Shown: in pieces, positions 24,641 to 35,405 of the stretch
How the letters are laid out: the number at the start of each line of letters is the position of its first letter
Numbering within the stretch: the first letter of the stretch is position 1
Assembly (NCBI RefSeq): GCF_947623445.1
Contig: NC_135246.1
Location: 18,964,288 to 19,028,287 of the forward strand
DNA from: Clavelina lepadiformis
Taxonomy: Eukaryota
Reading direction: 5' to 3'
Length of the DNA: 64,000 bases
Program-made: the position numbers and the translations under genes
Notes under the pieces: model-generated
What the model was told of the DNA's origin: nothing
Database searches by the model: none
What the model saw: the letters and a program-made list of their open reading frames with translations, nothing else

Positions 24641-24842
24641 AGTCATTTTGTTGTGGTCCCACACAGCAAAGGAATCCGGGTAGATACATACAAGACTCGA
24701 AAAGCGCAACAGCTTGAAATTCCAGTTGTGTCGCAGGATTTTGTGTTTGATTGCGTCGAAAGAAATTGCATTGTTGACACAGACCAGTATTGTGCTGCTG
24801 GATTAACAAAAACTGACAAATTTAGCAAAGGAAAAATTCAGG
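24641..24842 (+). CDS. PARP4: PARP4 exon: BRCT part 2
   Basis: acceptor cttattcag; donor G|gtaagc; phase 0 to 1. Confidence 0.55.
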
Positions 24843-25219
24843 GTAAGCAAATAACTCGAAGTGAAAGGAGTAATTATATCTATTAATCTTTTCTTGTCTG
24901 CCACAGAAAACATTCTGTTCATACTTGATCCAAATACATGAGTCATCCCAATTGTGTTTTATTGTGACGTAATAAGAACCGCCATCCTCGTCATAATTAA
25001 GTGATAATTTGCATTTTTGACCACTAACCTATGGCAATAGCTGCTTAACTGCTACATATTAGTACAAATCCTTTCACCATATTTACTGACAACTACTCTT
25101 TGATTTAAGGCCAACTTGTTTTTGGATTTGCTCCTCACTGCAATAAATGAATATATACTTAACATTTATTGAACGTTTTACAATTTGCACAAATTAAGAT
25201 GGTATTTTTATAACTTTAG

Positions 25220-25377
25220 TGTCAAACTGGGATTCATTTTCTGGAAAAAGTCACACCAAAACCAAATTGACTTCCACACAAATACAAGCATTGGCATCAC
25301 GTCGGTATCAAAGTCATGCAAAAGATTGCCCAAAGTTTTCAGAAAATTTCAGTATCGTTAAATTTGCAATTCTACAG
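25220..25377 (+). CDS. PARP4: PARP4 exon (…DCPKFSENFSIVKFAILQ, compare human PQDFEVAKYNTLEKV)
   Basis: acceptor aactttag; donor CAG|gtgcat; phase 1 to 0, consistent with the preceding exon. Confidence 0.5.
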
Positions 25378-25585
25378 GTGCATTTAATTTCAAGGTTTAT
25401 TCCATTCATTTTCCACGTGATTAAGAAACTAACAAGAAAAATTCTAAATTTTTAATAAAATGTGTTGTAATGCCGGGCATTAAGCGAGAATGAAAATATT
25501 TATCAGAATTTTATGCTAATCTGTAATTACAATGACTATTATCATCATGATGTTTCAACAATCACAACAGTTTCTTCCACTTTAG

Positions 25586-25773
25586 GGTGCAAAGCAAGGA
25601 AAAAACGCTGACAATACCCAGATCTTGTGCATTGTGGAAATGCATGTTCCCGTTGCATTGAAAAGTGAAGCAAATCCAGCCAACTACGTCAGGATATTGG
25701 AGCAATCTTGTGAAAAGAATTCATCGATTGATGAAGTTACCAAAAAGCAGTCATTGGAATACTTCTTTGACAG
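25586..25773 (+). CDS. PARP4: PARP4 exon (GAKQGKNADNTQILCIVEMHVPVALKSEANPANYVRILEQSCEKNSSIDEVTKKQSLEYFFD)
   Basis: acceptor ccactttag; donor GACAG|gttgag. Confidence 0.5.
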
Positions 25774-25946
25774 GTTGAGTCAACCGTTTACACATTTCCG
25801 ATGTTCTATTGTTTCCTGTTGGTTATTGTTGATGCAATTTATGCATAAGCTGGTGCGTGCATAAACCTGACACCGGGCTATATAATTATAATGATGTTGT
25901 TTTTGATTTCTTGTTGAAATGTTGTTTTTGACACTTTGTTTTGCAG

Positions 25947-26064
25947 TTGCACCAAGGCGTTGACCTATATGCAGTACTTGGTGAATGAAAAAGTTGCAAA
26001 ATTGCACTTGGTGGTTGTTCATCAAATGCCGTCAATAAAACTTGGCTCTTCAAAACTGAGACAA
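25947..26064 (+). CDS. PARP4: PARP4 exon (SCTKALTYMQYLVNEKVAKLHLVVVHQMPSIKLGSSKLRQ)
   Basis: acceptor tttgcag; donor CAA|gtaatg; phase-consistent. Confidence 0.45.
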
Positions 26065-26440
26065 GTAATGATTTTTTTTAAATTTACTCCTCAAGTTTAT
26101 ACTCAGTGTTGTTTTCGTTCTTTTAAAAGAGAAGCTTTTCTGGCTCGGAAAATAGGTTAAGTTTTGTGTGAATACATTAAAGACACTGAAAGCAGCAATT
26201 GACATAATACATTGACATAATACATTTGACATAATACATCCCAATACACTGTCTACTGTGAAGTAGCATAGGGCACAGCAATTACTACAGAAAGAAACAT
26301 TTAAATTTTGCTGCAGTTGTTTTATTATTGTCTGGTTGATTTTGTAATGTTCCACGAATGTTTCATGACATATCTGTGTAATAAAAAAGTCAGGCAAAAT
26401 TTTCATTATCATCTCTAACCTCATCATCCTTTATCCTCAG

Positions 26441-26581
26441 ATGCTCGATGAGATGGGAGCATCTGGTGGTGTGCTTCATCCTGAAGTGACAAAGTTGGTT
26501 TACGGCATTGCCACTCTTGCGTTTGGTGAACTTCGAAACGGTTTGAGCCACAGAGATGTTGCAAGCATCACTCCTGATGAG
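26441..26581 (+). CDS. PARP4: PARP4 exon (MLDEMGASGGVLHPEVTKLVYGIATLAFGELRNGLSHRDVASITPDE)
   Basis: acceptor tcctcag; donor GAG|gtgttc. Confidence 0.45.
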
Positions 26582-26702
26582 GTGTTCTAGTTGCTGGAAA
26601 ACTCATTTAAGTTTGTCCTAGAAACAATATAAAGTTTACAAATAGAATAAGTTTAAGTTTGCCATGGAAATACTATAAAATGGAATTTCTGACTTTCACC
26701 AG

Positions 26703-26867
26703 ATCACCAAGGCAGTTGTCATCCTGATGAAAATCCGGAAATCAATCGACAACAACATGGACACGTCCGACTTGTCTAACGACTTTCACTCTCTTCTTTC
26801 CCTCACTGGTCCTTGTGAGGTCATAAACGACAAAAAAGTTTTGTCTCGGAAACAAGACTTTGTCCAG
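26703..26867 (+). CDS. PARP4: PARP4 exon (ITKAVVILMKIRKSIDNNMDTSDLSNDFHSLLSLTGPCEVINDKKVLSRKQDFVQ)
   Basis: acceptor tttcaccag; donor CAG|gttttc. Confidence 0.45.
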
Positions 26868-26967
26868 GTTTTCATTTGATATTTTTAAAACCGTTGCGGA
26901 TAAAATTGTTCTGCGGTAATAAAAAAGTTATCAATCCCATAGACATGATATTGTGTGTTGCGTGCAG

Positions 26968-27176
26968 CTTCTGAAAGATACGATGCTTCTCTCCGAGAGT
27001 ACTTCGAACGAAATTATGACATCACTGGGAAGGAAAGACAGAAATGAAGACGATAAGTTTTCTGTCGTCGCTCCTTTGTACAAAATGTTCAAGAGCGCCA
27101 TCGTCTGCTTAGAAGATGATGATTCTGAATACATCGACATCCTAAAACTTCTCAGGAAAGAAACTGAATCGAACAG
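26968..27176 (+). CDS. PARP4: PARP4 exon (LLKDTMLLSESTSNEIMTSLGRKDRNEDDKFSVVAPLYKMFKSAIVCLEDDDSEYIDILKLLRKETESN)
   Basis: acceptor cgtgcag; donor AG|gtaaaa. Confidence 0.45.
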
Positions 27177-27469
27177 GTAAAATTTTATTTATTTGATGCT
27201 GTAATTGTAAACCAGTCTTATCTAGCAGTTGTAGTGTGTGCCGCCTGGGCCATGTTATTCATGCTTCGATGTTTATAATTTCAAGTTATAGCATTTATTT
27301 TAAATACGTTGAAAAGTAGAAGAGTTTTTTTTTGATTTTCCGATATTTTGACTATTCTGAAACAGTAATTTTTATAGTAGTTTGAAAAAATTTCATATTA
27401 TTTGTGTTGAGTTTAGCGTAGTCTTTACCAAAAAAACAGTTCAGCTCACGTAAATGCCATTATTTTTAG

Positions 27470-27575
27470 CTTTCAAGTGAGGAACATTTTTCGAGTTCAT
27501 CGTGGCATTGAAGATTCAAATTTCACACAATCGCTTCAGCCCACCAGGCTTCTCTTCCACGCATCAAACCCACAG
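27470..27575 (+). CDS. PARP4: PARP4 exon: catalytic domain start with His of the H-Y-E triad (…FQVRNIFRVHRGIEDSNFTQSLQPTRLLFHASNPQ)
   Basis: matches human VLQIFRVGRVNETTEFLSKLGNVRPLLHGSPVQ; acceptor tattttag; donor CAG|gtgaaa. Confidence 0.7.
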
Positions 27576-27713
27576 GTGAAAGTACAATTGCTTTCATTCG
27601 TAATGCAACTTAGTTTGTGTGGGCCTCCATTTAGTTTTTCTGCTTTCAAATGCGTGGTTGTAATCGAGTGTAGAACAACCAGTGGAAGTAGTTTTGAAAA
27701 ATTTTTTTATCAG

Positions 27714-27835
27714 AACTTTATCGGGATCTTATCTCGGGGCTTATTACCCCCTCTAGTGGTTGTGAGTGAGCACGGAGGAGAAAGAAGTGATGTCGGGATG
27801 CTTGGAAACGCCATTTATTTTGCCGATGACGCAAG
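27714..27835 (+). CDS. PARP4: PARP4 exon: catalytic domain with the Tyr position (NFIGILSRGLLPPLVVVSEHGGERSDVGMLGNAIYFADDA)
   Basis: matches human NIVGILCRGLLLPKVVEDRGVQRTDVGNLGSGIYFSD. Confidence 0.7.
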
Positions 27836-28019
27836 GTTCGTCAGATCAACCAACAGATTCCTGCTTTAGTTGAAAGTGTCACAGAAAATCTTAAATTGTT
27901 TAGAAGATAAAGATAAAGTTTTAATCTTCTGGAGTGGAACCTTCTAAATTTTTAGCGTAGAATATTTTCTTAACAAACAATTTTCTTAATAAACAATTTT
28001 TGAATTTCTTGATTTGTAG

Positions 28020-28247
28020 GACGAGTCTTCAGTTTTCAAAAGTTAATCCTGTCACTGGAACACGACTCATGCTTGTCAACGAGGTTGCGCTAGGACATTG
28101 TCATGACTACAATAGACATATGCCATCGCTCACTTGCCCACCAGAGGGCTATGACAGTGTACGGGGAATTGGGCGACGAAATGATCCGAGCTCGGAGTTT
28201 GAGAATAATGAATACGGGATATACAACGTGGCTCAGCAAAGAATGAG
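28020..28247 (+). CDS. PARP4: PARP4 exon: catalytic domain with the Glu position (…TGTRLMLVNEVALGHCHDYNRHMPSLTCPPEGYDSVRGIGRRNDPSSEFENNEYGIYNVAQQRM)
   Basis: matches human TDGTRLLLICDVALGKC…APPGYDSVHGV…DFEDDEFVVYKTNQVKM. Confidence 0.7.
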
Positions 28248-28615
28248 GTCATTTTATGGATGTTTTTGATTTGAGTGGAAACTTCATTTCAGACTGAAAT
28301 TTTGAACAAGGAATTTTTTAACATGCTACAAATCAGTGTTTTTGAATGTTCACATTGCTGAATATTTTGTTTATCACTTCAGTGTACCTTGCCGACATTG
28401 TTAGTACTGAGTGTGTAGAAAAACTGTTGAAAAAAAGAAAAAACCTTGTGCGAACATGCGATCAGTTTAACAGATTATTTACATTGATTTTTGTGTGCAA
28501 AATGCTCCCATTAGTTAAAATACTCACGTATCAAATTATTGAACAATGCTATGAAAACCGTCCCTCAATATATCCTGGTATTTTTTGGAATTAATTGTTA
28601 GCTTTCTTTTTGCAG

Positions 28616-28649
28616 ATACTTGATAGAGTTTGTGCTCCCGGATGACAAG
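28616..28649 (+). CDS. PARP4: PARP4 small exon (YLIEFVLPDDK, compare human YIIKFSMPGDQ)
   Basis: acceptor tttgcag; donor AAG|gtatgt; phase-consistent. Confidence 0.55.
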
Positions 28650-29046
28650 GTATGTCCAATAAGTTGTCCTCCTGCCAGCCTAGATATTGTGAACAAGATG
28701 GAAGGTTATGAAATGGTGGGTATTCTGGGTTCATGGTTGTTGGAAAAAACTTTTAAATTGTTACGATGTTTATTAAATGTTCAAAGTCGTGTTTGATATG
28801 TTTTTAAAACTTATTTTCTGTCAGTCAAGGCATCAAACAAGGTTTAAGCCCAAATAACCATGGAAAATTTATATGCTTAACTCTCCTACTGTTTTGCTGT
28901 TTTTTCATCAATGTCGGGATGTGTAGTTCGCTCCATTTGATTTCTTTTTGTTTTTGTTTATCACCCAACCAACCTTACACAAACACAATCTGCAAAACAA
29001 CACAAAGTAACTTAAGCTTAAGTCTAATGTAGAAAAATATTCAACT

Positions 29047-29190
29047 TCTATCTGAAGGTGGATTTCATTGACATCGAACTCAGAAGCGATCCACTGGACA
29101 AGGTCAAGCCTGGTTTGCTCATCAAGCATGAAGGAGAAGAAGTTCAAGTCCCGCTGCGGGAAGTCCATGTCAGAGCCAAGATGATGGACA
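29047..29190 (+). CDS. PARP4: PARP4 exon (VDFIDIELRSDPLDKVKPGLLIKHEGEEVQVPLREVHVRAKMMDMVAE)
   Basis: compare human LVPLEDVHIKGRIIDTVAQ; 144 nt. Confidence 0.55.
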
Positions 29191-29435
29191 TGGTTGCTGA
29201 GGTTGGAATCTATGTCATTGTTAATTTCGTGTAATATTAATAGATATCATAAACTTGCTATTGTTCTATGGTGCTTGTATTTGGTATGGTTCATTTTTTA
29301 TGGATATTTAGATTTCGTTTATGTATAGATTTAGATTCTGTTTTGATTCGTCATCTTTGGTGAAGTTGAGAATACCGTGTTCAGTAAAATATTCAAACCT
29401 CAGTCTTACATGTCAGTTCTCAATTCTTTGAACAG

Positions 29436-29567
29436 GTCGTTGTCATGCAAGCTTATGCAAATGACTCAGATGCGGCCGTTGAAGCAAAATACGTCTTTCC
29501 ACTCGATGACTCTGCTGCTGTTTGTGGTTTTGAAGCTTTCATCAATGGAAAACACGTTGTCGGCAAG
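29436..29567 (+). CDS. PARP4: PARP4 exon: VIT domain start (VVVMQAYANDSDAAVEAKYVFPLDDSAAVCGFEAFINGKHVVGK)
   Basis: matches human VIVFQTYTNKSHVPIEAKYIFPLDDKAAVCGFEAFINGKHIVGE. Confidence 0.75.
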
Positions 29568-29865
29568 GTTTCTAATTATGATGCAATATCCTCATTGAAA
29601 AATTATCGCAAAAGTCACGGCCATTTACTTTATGCAAATAGAACCACAGTTTTGTCTGTTAAAATGTCCACCAAGGAAAATGCAACTTTTATCGTTCTCA
29701 TTTAATTCAAATCTCCATAAGGAAACTTTGCAACATTTGAAAACTTTGTCTTTTTGTTCAAACTGAAACCATAAAATTAAAAAAATCAATTTCATCTTGT
29801 CAACATCAGTTAAAATCTTGGACCTTTTCTTGAAAGACCGGATGTAAAACCTTCATCTTTTACAG

Positions 29866-29952
29866 GTCAAGGAGAAGGAAGTTGCTCACAAGGAGTACCG
29901 GGAGGCAGTGGAAGCTGGACATGGAGCTTATTTAATGGATGAGGAAAAAGCC
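29866..29952 (+). CDS. PARP4: PARP4 exon: VIT (VKEKEVAHKEYREAVEAGHGAYLMDEEKA)
   Basis: matches human IKEKEEAQQEYLEAVTQGHGAYLMSQDAP. Confidence 0.7.
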
Positions 29953-30174
29953 GTGAGGATAATTTACTGTTTGTGCACAATTTTTTCTTTGTGTATTTAT
30001 GAGCTTACATGCATATTGCTGCGGTCTATTTGTGTTCTTTAAGATAGATGAGCTTTGCCGGATTTGTGATGTCATAGCGGAAGTGTTTATTTTTATAAAA
30101 AAATTCCAAAACAGCAGTTTAACAAATTTTTAATCTTTCAAATCGAATGTTGTTTCTATTTTTTCTCTACGAAG

Positions 30175-30404
30175 GATGTTTTCACCGTCAGTGTCGGGAA
30201 TCTTCCTCCAGGAGCAAAAGTTCTCATAAAAATAACCTATGTTGCCGAGTTACCCGTTATCCCCGGCACCGATGGATCATCGGATTCGATCCAGTTTTAT
30301 CTTCCAGCCTCAGTAGCGCCATCAGTGAGGAACGACATGCTGATATCCGGTCCAGTCACCCAGACAATGACGGACAGAGTCACGGCTGACAGAGGTCAAA
30401 CGAG
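30175..30404 (+). CDS. PARP4: PARP4 exon: VIT (DVFTVSVGNLPPGAKVLIKITYVAELPV…RVTADRGQT)
   Basis: matches human DVFTVSVGNLPPKAKVLIKITYITELSI; the downstream donor was chosen by phase continuity. Confidence 0.6.
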
Positions 30405-30537
30405 GTGGCCAATCAATTATTTTCGCATCGAGCATTTTGAGTTTTATTTCATTTATGACCCTCCTGTTGGAATGAGTGGTCTTTTTGCTCTCTGGAGTTG
30501 CTGATTTGTTCTCACCTTTAGTTTTATGTTCTTTCAG

Positions 30538-30619
30538 CGTCACGTCATTGGTTGTGTCGGTTGAAATGCCGTTTGATATTCGCAAAATTGAGTCACCAAC
30601 TCATAGAGTTCATATCAAG
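30538..30619 (+). CDS. PARP4: PARP4 exon (SVTSLVVSVEMPFDIRKIESPTHRVHIK; compare human SFSLTMSIEMPYVIEFIFSDTHELKQK)
   Basis: acceptor ctttcag; donor AAG|gtcggt. Confidence 0.6.
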
Positions 30620-30772
30620 GTCGGTGTCATCGGAATCTAAGCGGAGCCATTATTTGAAAAAAAATTCATTTTAATCGTGTTGTCTGATGCAGTGAGAACG
30701 AATACAGTTTTGAAAAGTATCAGATCTTGCTTTTCACAGTTAATCAACATGGTCTGATTTTTGTGTTTGCAG

Positions 30773-30913
30773 AAAACTGCTGCAAAAGCTTGCGTACGTC
30801 TCGCGCTAAAAGAAAATCTGGGAGACAGGGATTTTCGTTTGTTGGTGAGTCTGGCTGAAATTCATGTTCCGAGAATGTGGGTAGAGCGCCACCCGGAAGA
30901 CTCAGACAGTCAG
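30773..30913 (+). CDS. PARP4: PARP4 exon (KTAAKACVRLALKENLGDRDFRLLVSLAEIHVPRMWVERHPEDSDSQ; compare human LSAAYLPRMWVEKHPEKESEA)
   Basis: acceptor gtttgcag; donor CAG|gttcga. Confidence 0.6.
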
Positions 30914-31222
30914 GTTCGAATTTGTGAATTTTGTGTTTTATTCTATTCTCAGTTTATTATAGCATATTCTAAAGAGACAAAAATTGCTTTATTATGAAAA
31001 GTTTTTTTTTCTGGTGATTGTTATGTATGTTTCATAAAATAATATGCTTGTCAACGTGTCCATAACTACTGGAAAAGAAAATAAGTCTTTATGAAAACAC
31101 TTCTGGTTTTCTTGCAAAAACCATTTCATAATTTCTTGTATAGATTTGTGTTACATGTGTGTAATATTGTTGCTTATATATTATTTACTATATATTTATG
31201 TTATGGTATCCCAATGTTCCAG

Positions 31223-31354
31223 GCATGTATGGTTGCTTTCTATCCCGAATTTGATGCCAAGCCAATATCAGATTACAAGGCGGTTATCATGTTGGACATG
31301 TCACGGTCAATGGCAACAACGCCACCAAACAACCTGGAACGTGAAGTAAAAAAG
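31223..31354 (+). CDS. PARP4: PARP4 exon: vWA start with a DxSxS MIDAS-like motif (…AVIMLDMSRSMATTPPNNLEREVKK)
   Basis: compare human VIICLDCSSSMEGVTFLQAKQIAL. Confidence 0.6.
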
Positions 31355-31447
31355 GTGAAATAATCAGCAATAACCACCTCAATTAGCTCGGTTTTAGGGT
31401 TCAATGAAAGCTTATTTCCAGTGCTTTTATGATTATTTTCTGCTCAG

Positions 31448-31591
31448 TTGGCGTTAATGATAGTTGCCAATCTTCCTCAATGCTGCACAATCAATGTCGT
31501 TCGTTTTGGTTCAACGTATCAGGAATTATTCATCCTTGAACAGCCGCTCAGTGATAATATTATTCGAGAGAAGTCGGAGGCATTCATCCAG
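31448..31591 (+). CDS. PARP4: PARP4 exon: vWA (LALMIVANLPQCCTINVVRFGSTYQELFILEQPLSDNIIREKSEAFIQ)
   Basis: compare human NIIQFGTGYKELFSYPKHITSNTMAAEFI. Confidence 0.55.
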
Positions 31592-31910
31592 GTAAGCGAT
31601 AACTTTTCACATAAAACGGAAAAAAATTAAAAGCTAATATTTTTGTAAACATCAGCTTTTTGTGTTCTTTTAACTCCTGAAATGTCTCATCCTGCTGTGT
31701 TGAAATCATGCAAATATTTTTCATTTTGATGTAATACTTTTTAGGACTTGTCGTAGACTAAAGCAAATATTTACTGCATGAAGATTTCTATTGATATGTT
31801 AATCAAGGTGGAGACATAGATTGATCCATCGTCACTTGTTCAGCATCAATCAACTTTTATTTCTATTGAAGAGAATTTTAAATATTTTCCTAAAACGAAA
31901 TGTTTTGCAG

Positions 31911-32131
31911 CAATGTTCTGCTTTGATACTTGGTTCATCCGATGCCTGGCGACCTTTGACCTCGTTAGCGAACATCCAAAACTCGCCAGGTCATTCCGAT
32001 CAGATCACAAACATATTCCTGCTTTCCGATGGTCACCTCAGTGAAGAGGGGGTCCTGCTGCAGCTCTCCGCATCACTTGGAGGAGGAGGAAAGGATGGCG
32101 GCATCACCCGGATATTCACGTTTAGTGTTGG
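31911..32131 (+). CDS. PARP4: PARP4 exon: vWA (…WRPLTSLANIQNSPGHSDQITNIFLLSDGHLSEEGVLLQLSASLGGGGKDGGITRIFTFSVG)
   Basis: compare human NILLVSDGHLQDESLTLQLVKRS…TRLFACGIG. Confidence 0.6.
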
Positions 32132-32222
32132 GTGAGTTGATGCTGTAGAAGTTGTTTCATTTTTTCTTGCCGTGAACTTTTGAACTTCACTGACCCTTCA
32201 CTTTTATACGTGACATTTGTAG

Positions 32223-32322
32223 CTCAACTGCCAATCAGCATTTGATGAAGGGCATTGCGACTGCATCTGGTGGCGCTCATGAGCATTTCAGCAGTGACTC
32301 AAAATCGAAATGGCGAGGCAAG
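32223..32322 (+). CDS. PARP4: PARP4 exon: vWA end (STANQHLMKGIATASGGAHEHFSSDSKSKWRGK)
   Basis: compare human STANRHVLRILSQCGAGVFEYFNAKSKHSWRKQ. Confidence 0.65.
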
Positions 32323-32625
32323 GTTTGTAAAGTGAATTGCAATAACATTGGCATGATCTTGTGTAAAGTGTTCTTTTTTATCTTAAAAGAAAACATGAAA
32401 TATTACAACCAGTGTTTTTGCTTAAACTTTCGTAGCTTTTGAATTTTGAATTGGAGGTGGAGATGTTTTCTATATTGCAGTTGTTAGATAATTTCTAAAG
32501 ATTACCTGAAGTTACTATAAACTTTTTCTTTTCATTGCACCAACGTTGGCAAATGAATGATGTTTTGCCACCAGCTTGACAATAAAAGTTTGAGAAAGTG
32601 ACAATGTGACTCATAATTGCATGCA

Positions 32626-32812
32626 GGTTAAAAGTCAGTTGGAAAAATCCAGTCAGCCACTGCTGACAGATATCAGGATTGAATGGAAAAGGTTCGATGA
32701 TGCTTTTATGAACGCAGAAATCGATTTTCCGATACAAGCTCCGGAAAAAATAAAATCTCTCTTCAATTCGTCACGCTTGGTCGCATACAGTTTCATACCT
32801 CACTGCACACAG
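32626..32812 (+). CDS. PARP4: PARP4 exon (VKSQLEKSSQPLLTDIRIEWKRF…LVAYSFIPHCTQ)
   Basis: compare human LLVYGFIPHCTQ; my reading of the printed sequence disagrees by 1 nt with the ORF-track frame here, so coordinates may be off by 1. Confidence 0.55.
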
Positions 32813-32879
32813 GTAAATTCATGCAACTGCCTAATATGGTCATGAAGGAAGTTTTAATGACTGTATTATCCTGTCATAG

Positions 32880-32960
32880 GCAGAATTGTTTGCAAAAGTT
32901 TGTGGAAGTGAAATATCAGCTGTTGTGTCGACGTCAGATTTGAGCATAACAACCGGGAAG
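32880..32960 (+). CDS. PARP4: PARP4 exon (AELFAKVCGSEISAVVSTSDLSITTGK)
   Basis: compare human ATLCALIQEKEFRTMVSTTELQKTTGT. Confidence 0.55.
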
Positions 32961-33196
32961 GTGATTACAACATCATTCCACTTTTCCTGTTTCATTTATT
33001 TCTCAGTATATCAATAGTTTGTGTATAATTTTTGCTATTTTTTGAATTTGCTAACATAAATTTTAGTTGTTTAGTTTTGAAAACGATAGATTAAACAGGT
33101 ACAATTGTGCATGTATGGCATTGCAAATATGCAAGAACATTTCTTGTTGAGTGTATTTCACCTCTAAACGGTTAAAAAAGCTGTCATTGTTTTCAG

Positions 33197-33379
33197 ACTC
33201 TTCATCGACTTACAGCTCGAGCGATGATCCGAGATTACGAAGACGGAGCGCACGATGTTGATCCGTTGCTCCGTGACAAGATAAAGACGACACGAAAACC
33301 TCACATCATCGAACTGAGCATTTCTCAAGATGTTGTTTCTCCTTACACCAGCTTCGTCGCCATTGAGAAGAGAGAAGAG
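33197..33379 (+). CDS. PARP4: PARP4 exon (TLHRLTARAMIRDYEDGAHDVDPLLRDKIKTTRKPHIIELSISQDVVSPYTSFVAIEKREE)
   Basis: compare human MIHKLAARALIRDYEDG…TSFVAVEKRDE; alternative donor at 33387. Confidence 0.6.
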
Positions 33380-33444
33380 GTGGAAAGGTTGTAAAGATTC
33401 AAAACTGATCTCTTTGAACTGAACGGTGTTTGTACTTGGAATAG

Positions 33445-33558
33445 GGTGAAGATTTAACAACCAACGAAGGTCCGACGATAAATGAGCTCGTAGCGATTGA
33501 AGATGTCGATGTCATCCCTGAGGTGGCATGGGAGGAGGAGGTTATAGAGGAAGACGTC
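33445..33558 (+). CDS. PARP4: PARP4 exon (GEDLTTNEGPTINELVAIEDVDVIPEVAWEEEVIEEDV)
   Basis: compare human PKVSELIAKEDVDFLPYMSWQGE; donor GTC|gtaaga. Confidence 0.5.
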
Positions 33559-34360
33559 GTAAGATGATCGGATACTTTTATTGAGTTGATTTATCTTAGT
33601 TAATTAATGTCAAGTGTTTTATTCTTATCATAAGTCAGAAGTATTTTATCGATAAAATTCACATTAACTTGTTCAAGTCCATGCTTCATGCACGGCACGA
33701 GATACTTTTTTGCCGTGAATGTATCAGCTATGTGTGTTGAGAGATTGTACTTGTCTACGTCAAACCATTATGCAACAAAATGTCATTCAATGCAGCCCAT
33801 TTTATACCCGAACGTAATCTCTGACTCCAGTTAATTAACCTGCTGCGTTAATAGCCCTTGTACTTTACCAGTCTCTGAGCCGACACAGTAACAACAATCC
33901 GACTTGTCAGGTTTTTTTTTATTCAGGGCTTCGCAGCTTACTGGCTAGCTTGGTCTTATACAACTCATCACGGTAATAAATTGAAGTATTAATATATGCT
34001 CAAAACAAAAGGCGGTAAAACATCATTATAGAATTTCTTATTTTGCGTTTACACTCTCCCAAAACACAGTGTGCTAATGTCCCAAACCAGTTGCCGAATA
34101 TATGGCGTTATGGTTTATCGTTCTTTCAGTTTGGTAAATGTCTGAGATTGATTGTAGAAGTCATAATGAATAATTTAATGAGCGGAATGCTCCAACTTGA
34201 CATTTGCAGGTGATGATGCACCATCATGTAGCACTTAATGCAGTCATTTATCATCAGTTCTAGTCTAGCCGTTACATTTTACATGCAATGTTTGCCTTAC
34301 ATTGCGTAGTTTTTTTAAAAATTGATCGGTTTAAAAATCTGAGATATATTTAGACTCCCA

Positions 34361-34548
34361 TAGACAACTTGAGGAAGGAATTAGAAGCGGCTGAGGTGTC
34401 GTACGGAACTTCAGTTTTCCAATCTCAACGCCACTTTGAAAGTGCAAACGATCTAGCAGACAGTTTGTGTGATGTTGAACGGAAGGAAGCAGAGATTTGG
34501 ATAGCTGCAACCAGGTCAAAGTTAAACATGGAAACCAATCTACCATGT
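34361..34548 (+). CDS. PARP4: possible PARP4 exon (…RKELEAAEVSYGTSVFQSQRHFESANDLADSLCDVERKEAEIWIAATRSKLNMETNLP); phase link to neighbours not established
   Basis: stop-free frame between ag and gtacgt; no homology support. Confidence 0.25.
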
Positions 34549-34834
34549 ACGTTAGAAAATTTGCTGTTTGCCTTACAGATTGTATTATATTTTTAAGCAT
34601 TGCAAACGTGTAAAGTTATTGGTTATTATCTGTATTTTAGGAGATGTTTTTATCGTTATTTGAATTATAGTTTGTCAATCTCTTGTAGACATTTGTTATT
34701 ACAACTTTCTTGTTAGTACTTTGTAATTTTTATTTATTACAATTGATTTATTGCTTTAAAAATCAAACATATTTTGTTTCATCCCATGTAACTTTGCGCT
34801 TAGATTGACAATTTTCTTGTCGATATTTTTCCAG

Positions 34835-35072
34835 CTGTTAACAGCGACATGGTCAAATTGTTGTCTAAATCAGAAAACAACGAGGAATTACTTCGCACTT
34901 TCGCCACAATTTTGTCAACGCACGACATATCCGAATGGTGTCTTTGTTCGGCCGAGTCAAAGGAGATAATTCCGATGGTGACCCTTCTCTTGGCTTCGAT
35001 TCGCAAGTTAGATATCACTGATCTCACTGATACTAAGATTATGGAATGGAAAAATCATCTAAATAAACTATC
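34835..35072 (+). CDS. PARP4: PARP4 exon (…VNSDMVKLLSKSENNEELLRTFATILSTHDISEWCLCSAESKEIIPMVTLLLASIRKLDITDLTDTKIMEWKNHLNKL)
   Basis: acceptor tttttccag; donor tcg|gtaagt; its phase (2) joins in frame with the following large exon. Confidence 0.45.
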
Positions 35073-35405
35073 GTAAGTATCCTATCTTTGATTGTCATCG
35101 TATTTGTCGTCCATTATTGTTGTATCGCATTAAAATTAGAAGCAACTTTATTTTTCAAACACATAAGTAGGTTGAATAACTTTTTCTCAGCTGAGATAGT
35201 TATTACAATAGACCTGTTAATTACTTTAAATATTATTATTATCTTATTCATATTAAGATATTTTGTTTGTAAAACTAAGAACTTTCAAATCCAGCAATTT
35301 CTTTCGTTTGCATTTTTAGTTCTTTCCAAACCAGTGCAAAACTATTGTGTAAGAATGAGAATTTATGTGACTAGAGTTTGTGAATTTCCTTATTTAATTC
35401 TGCAG

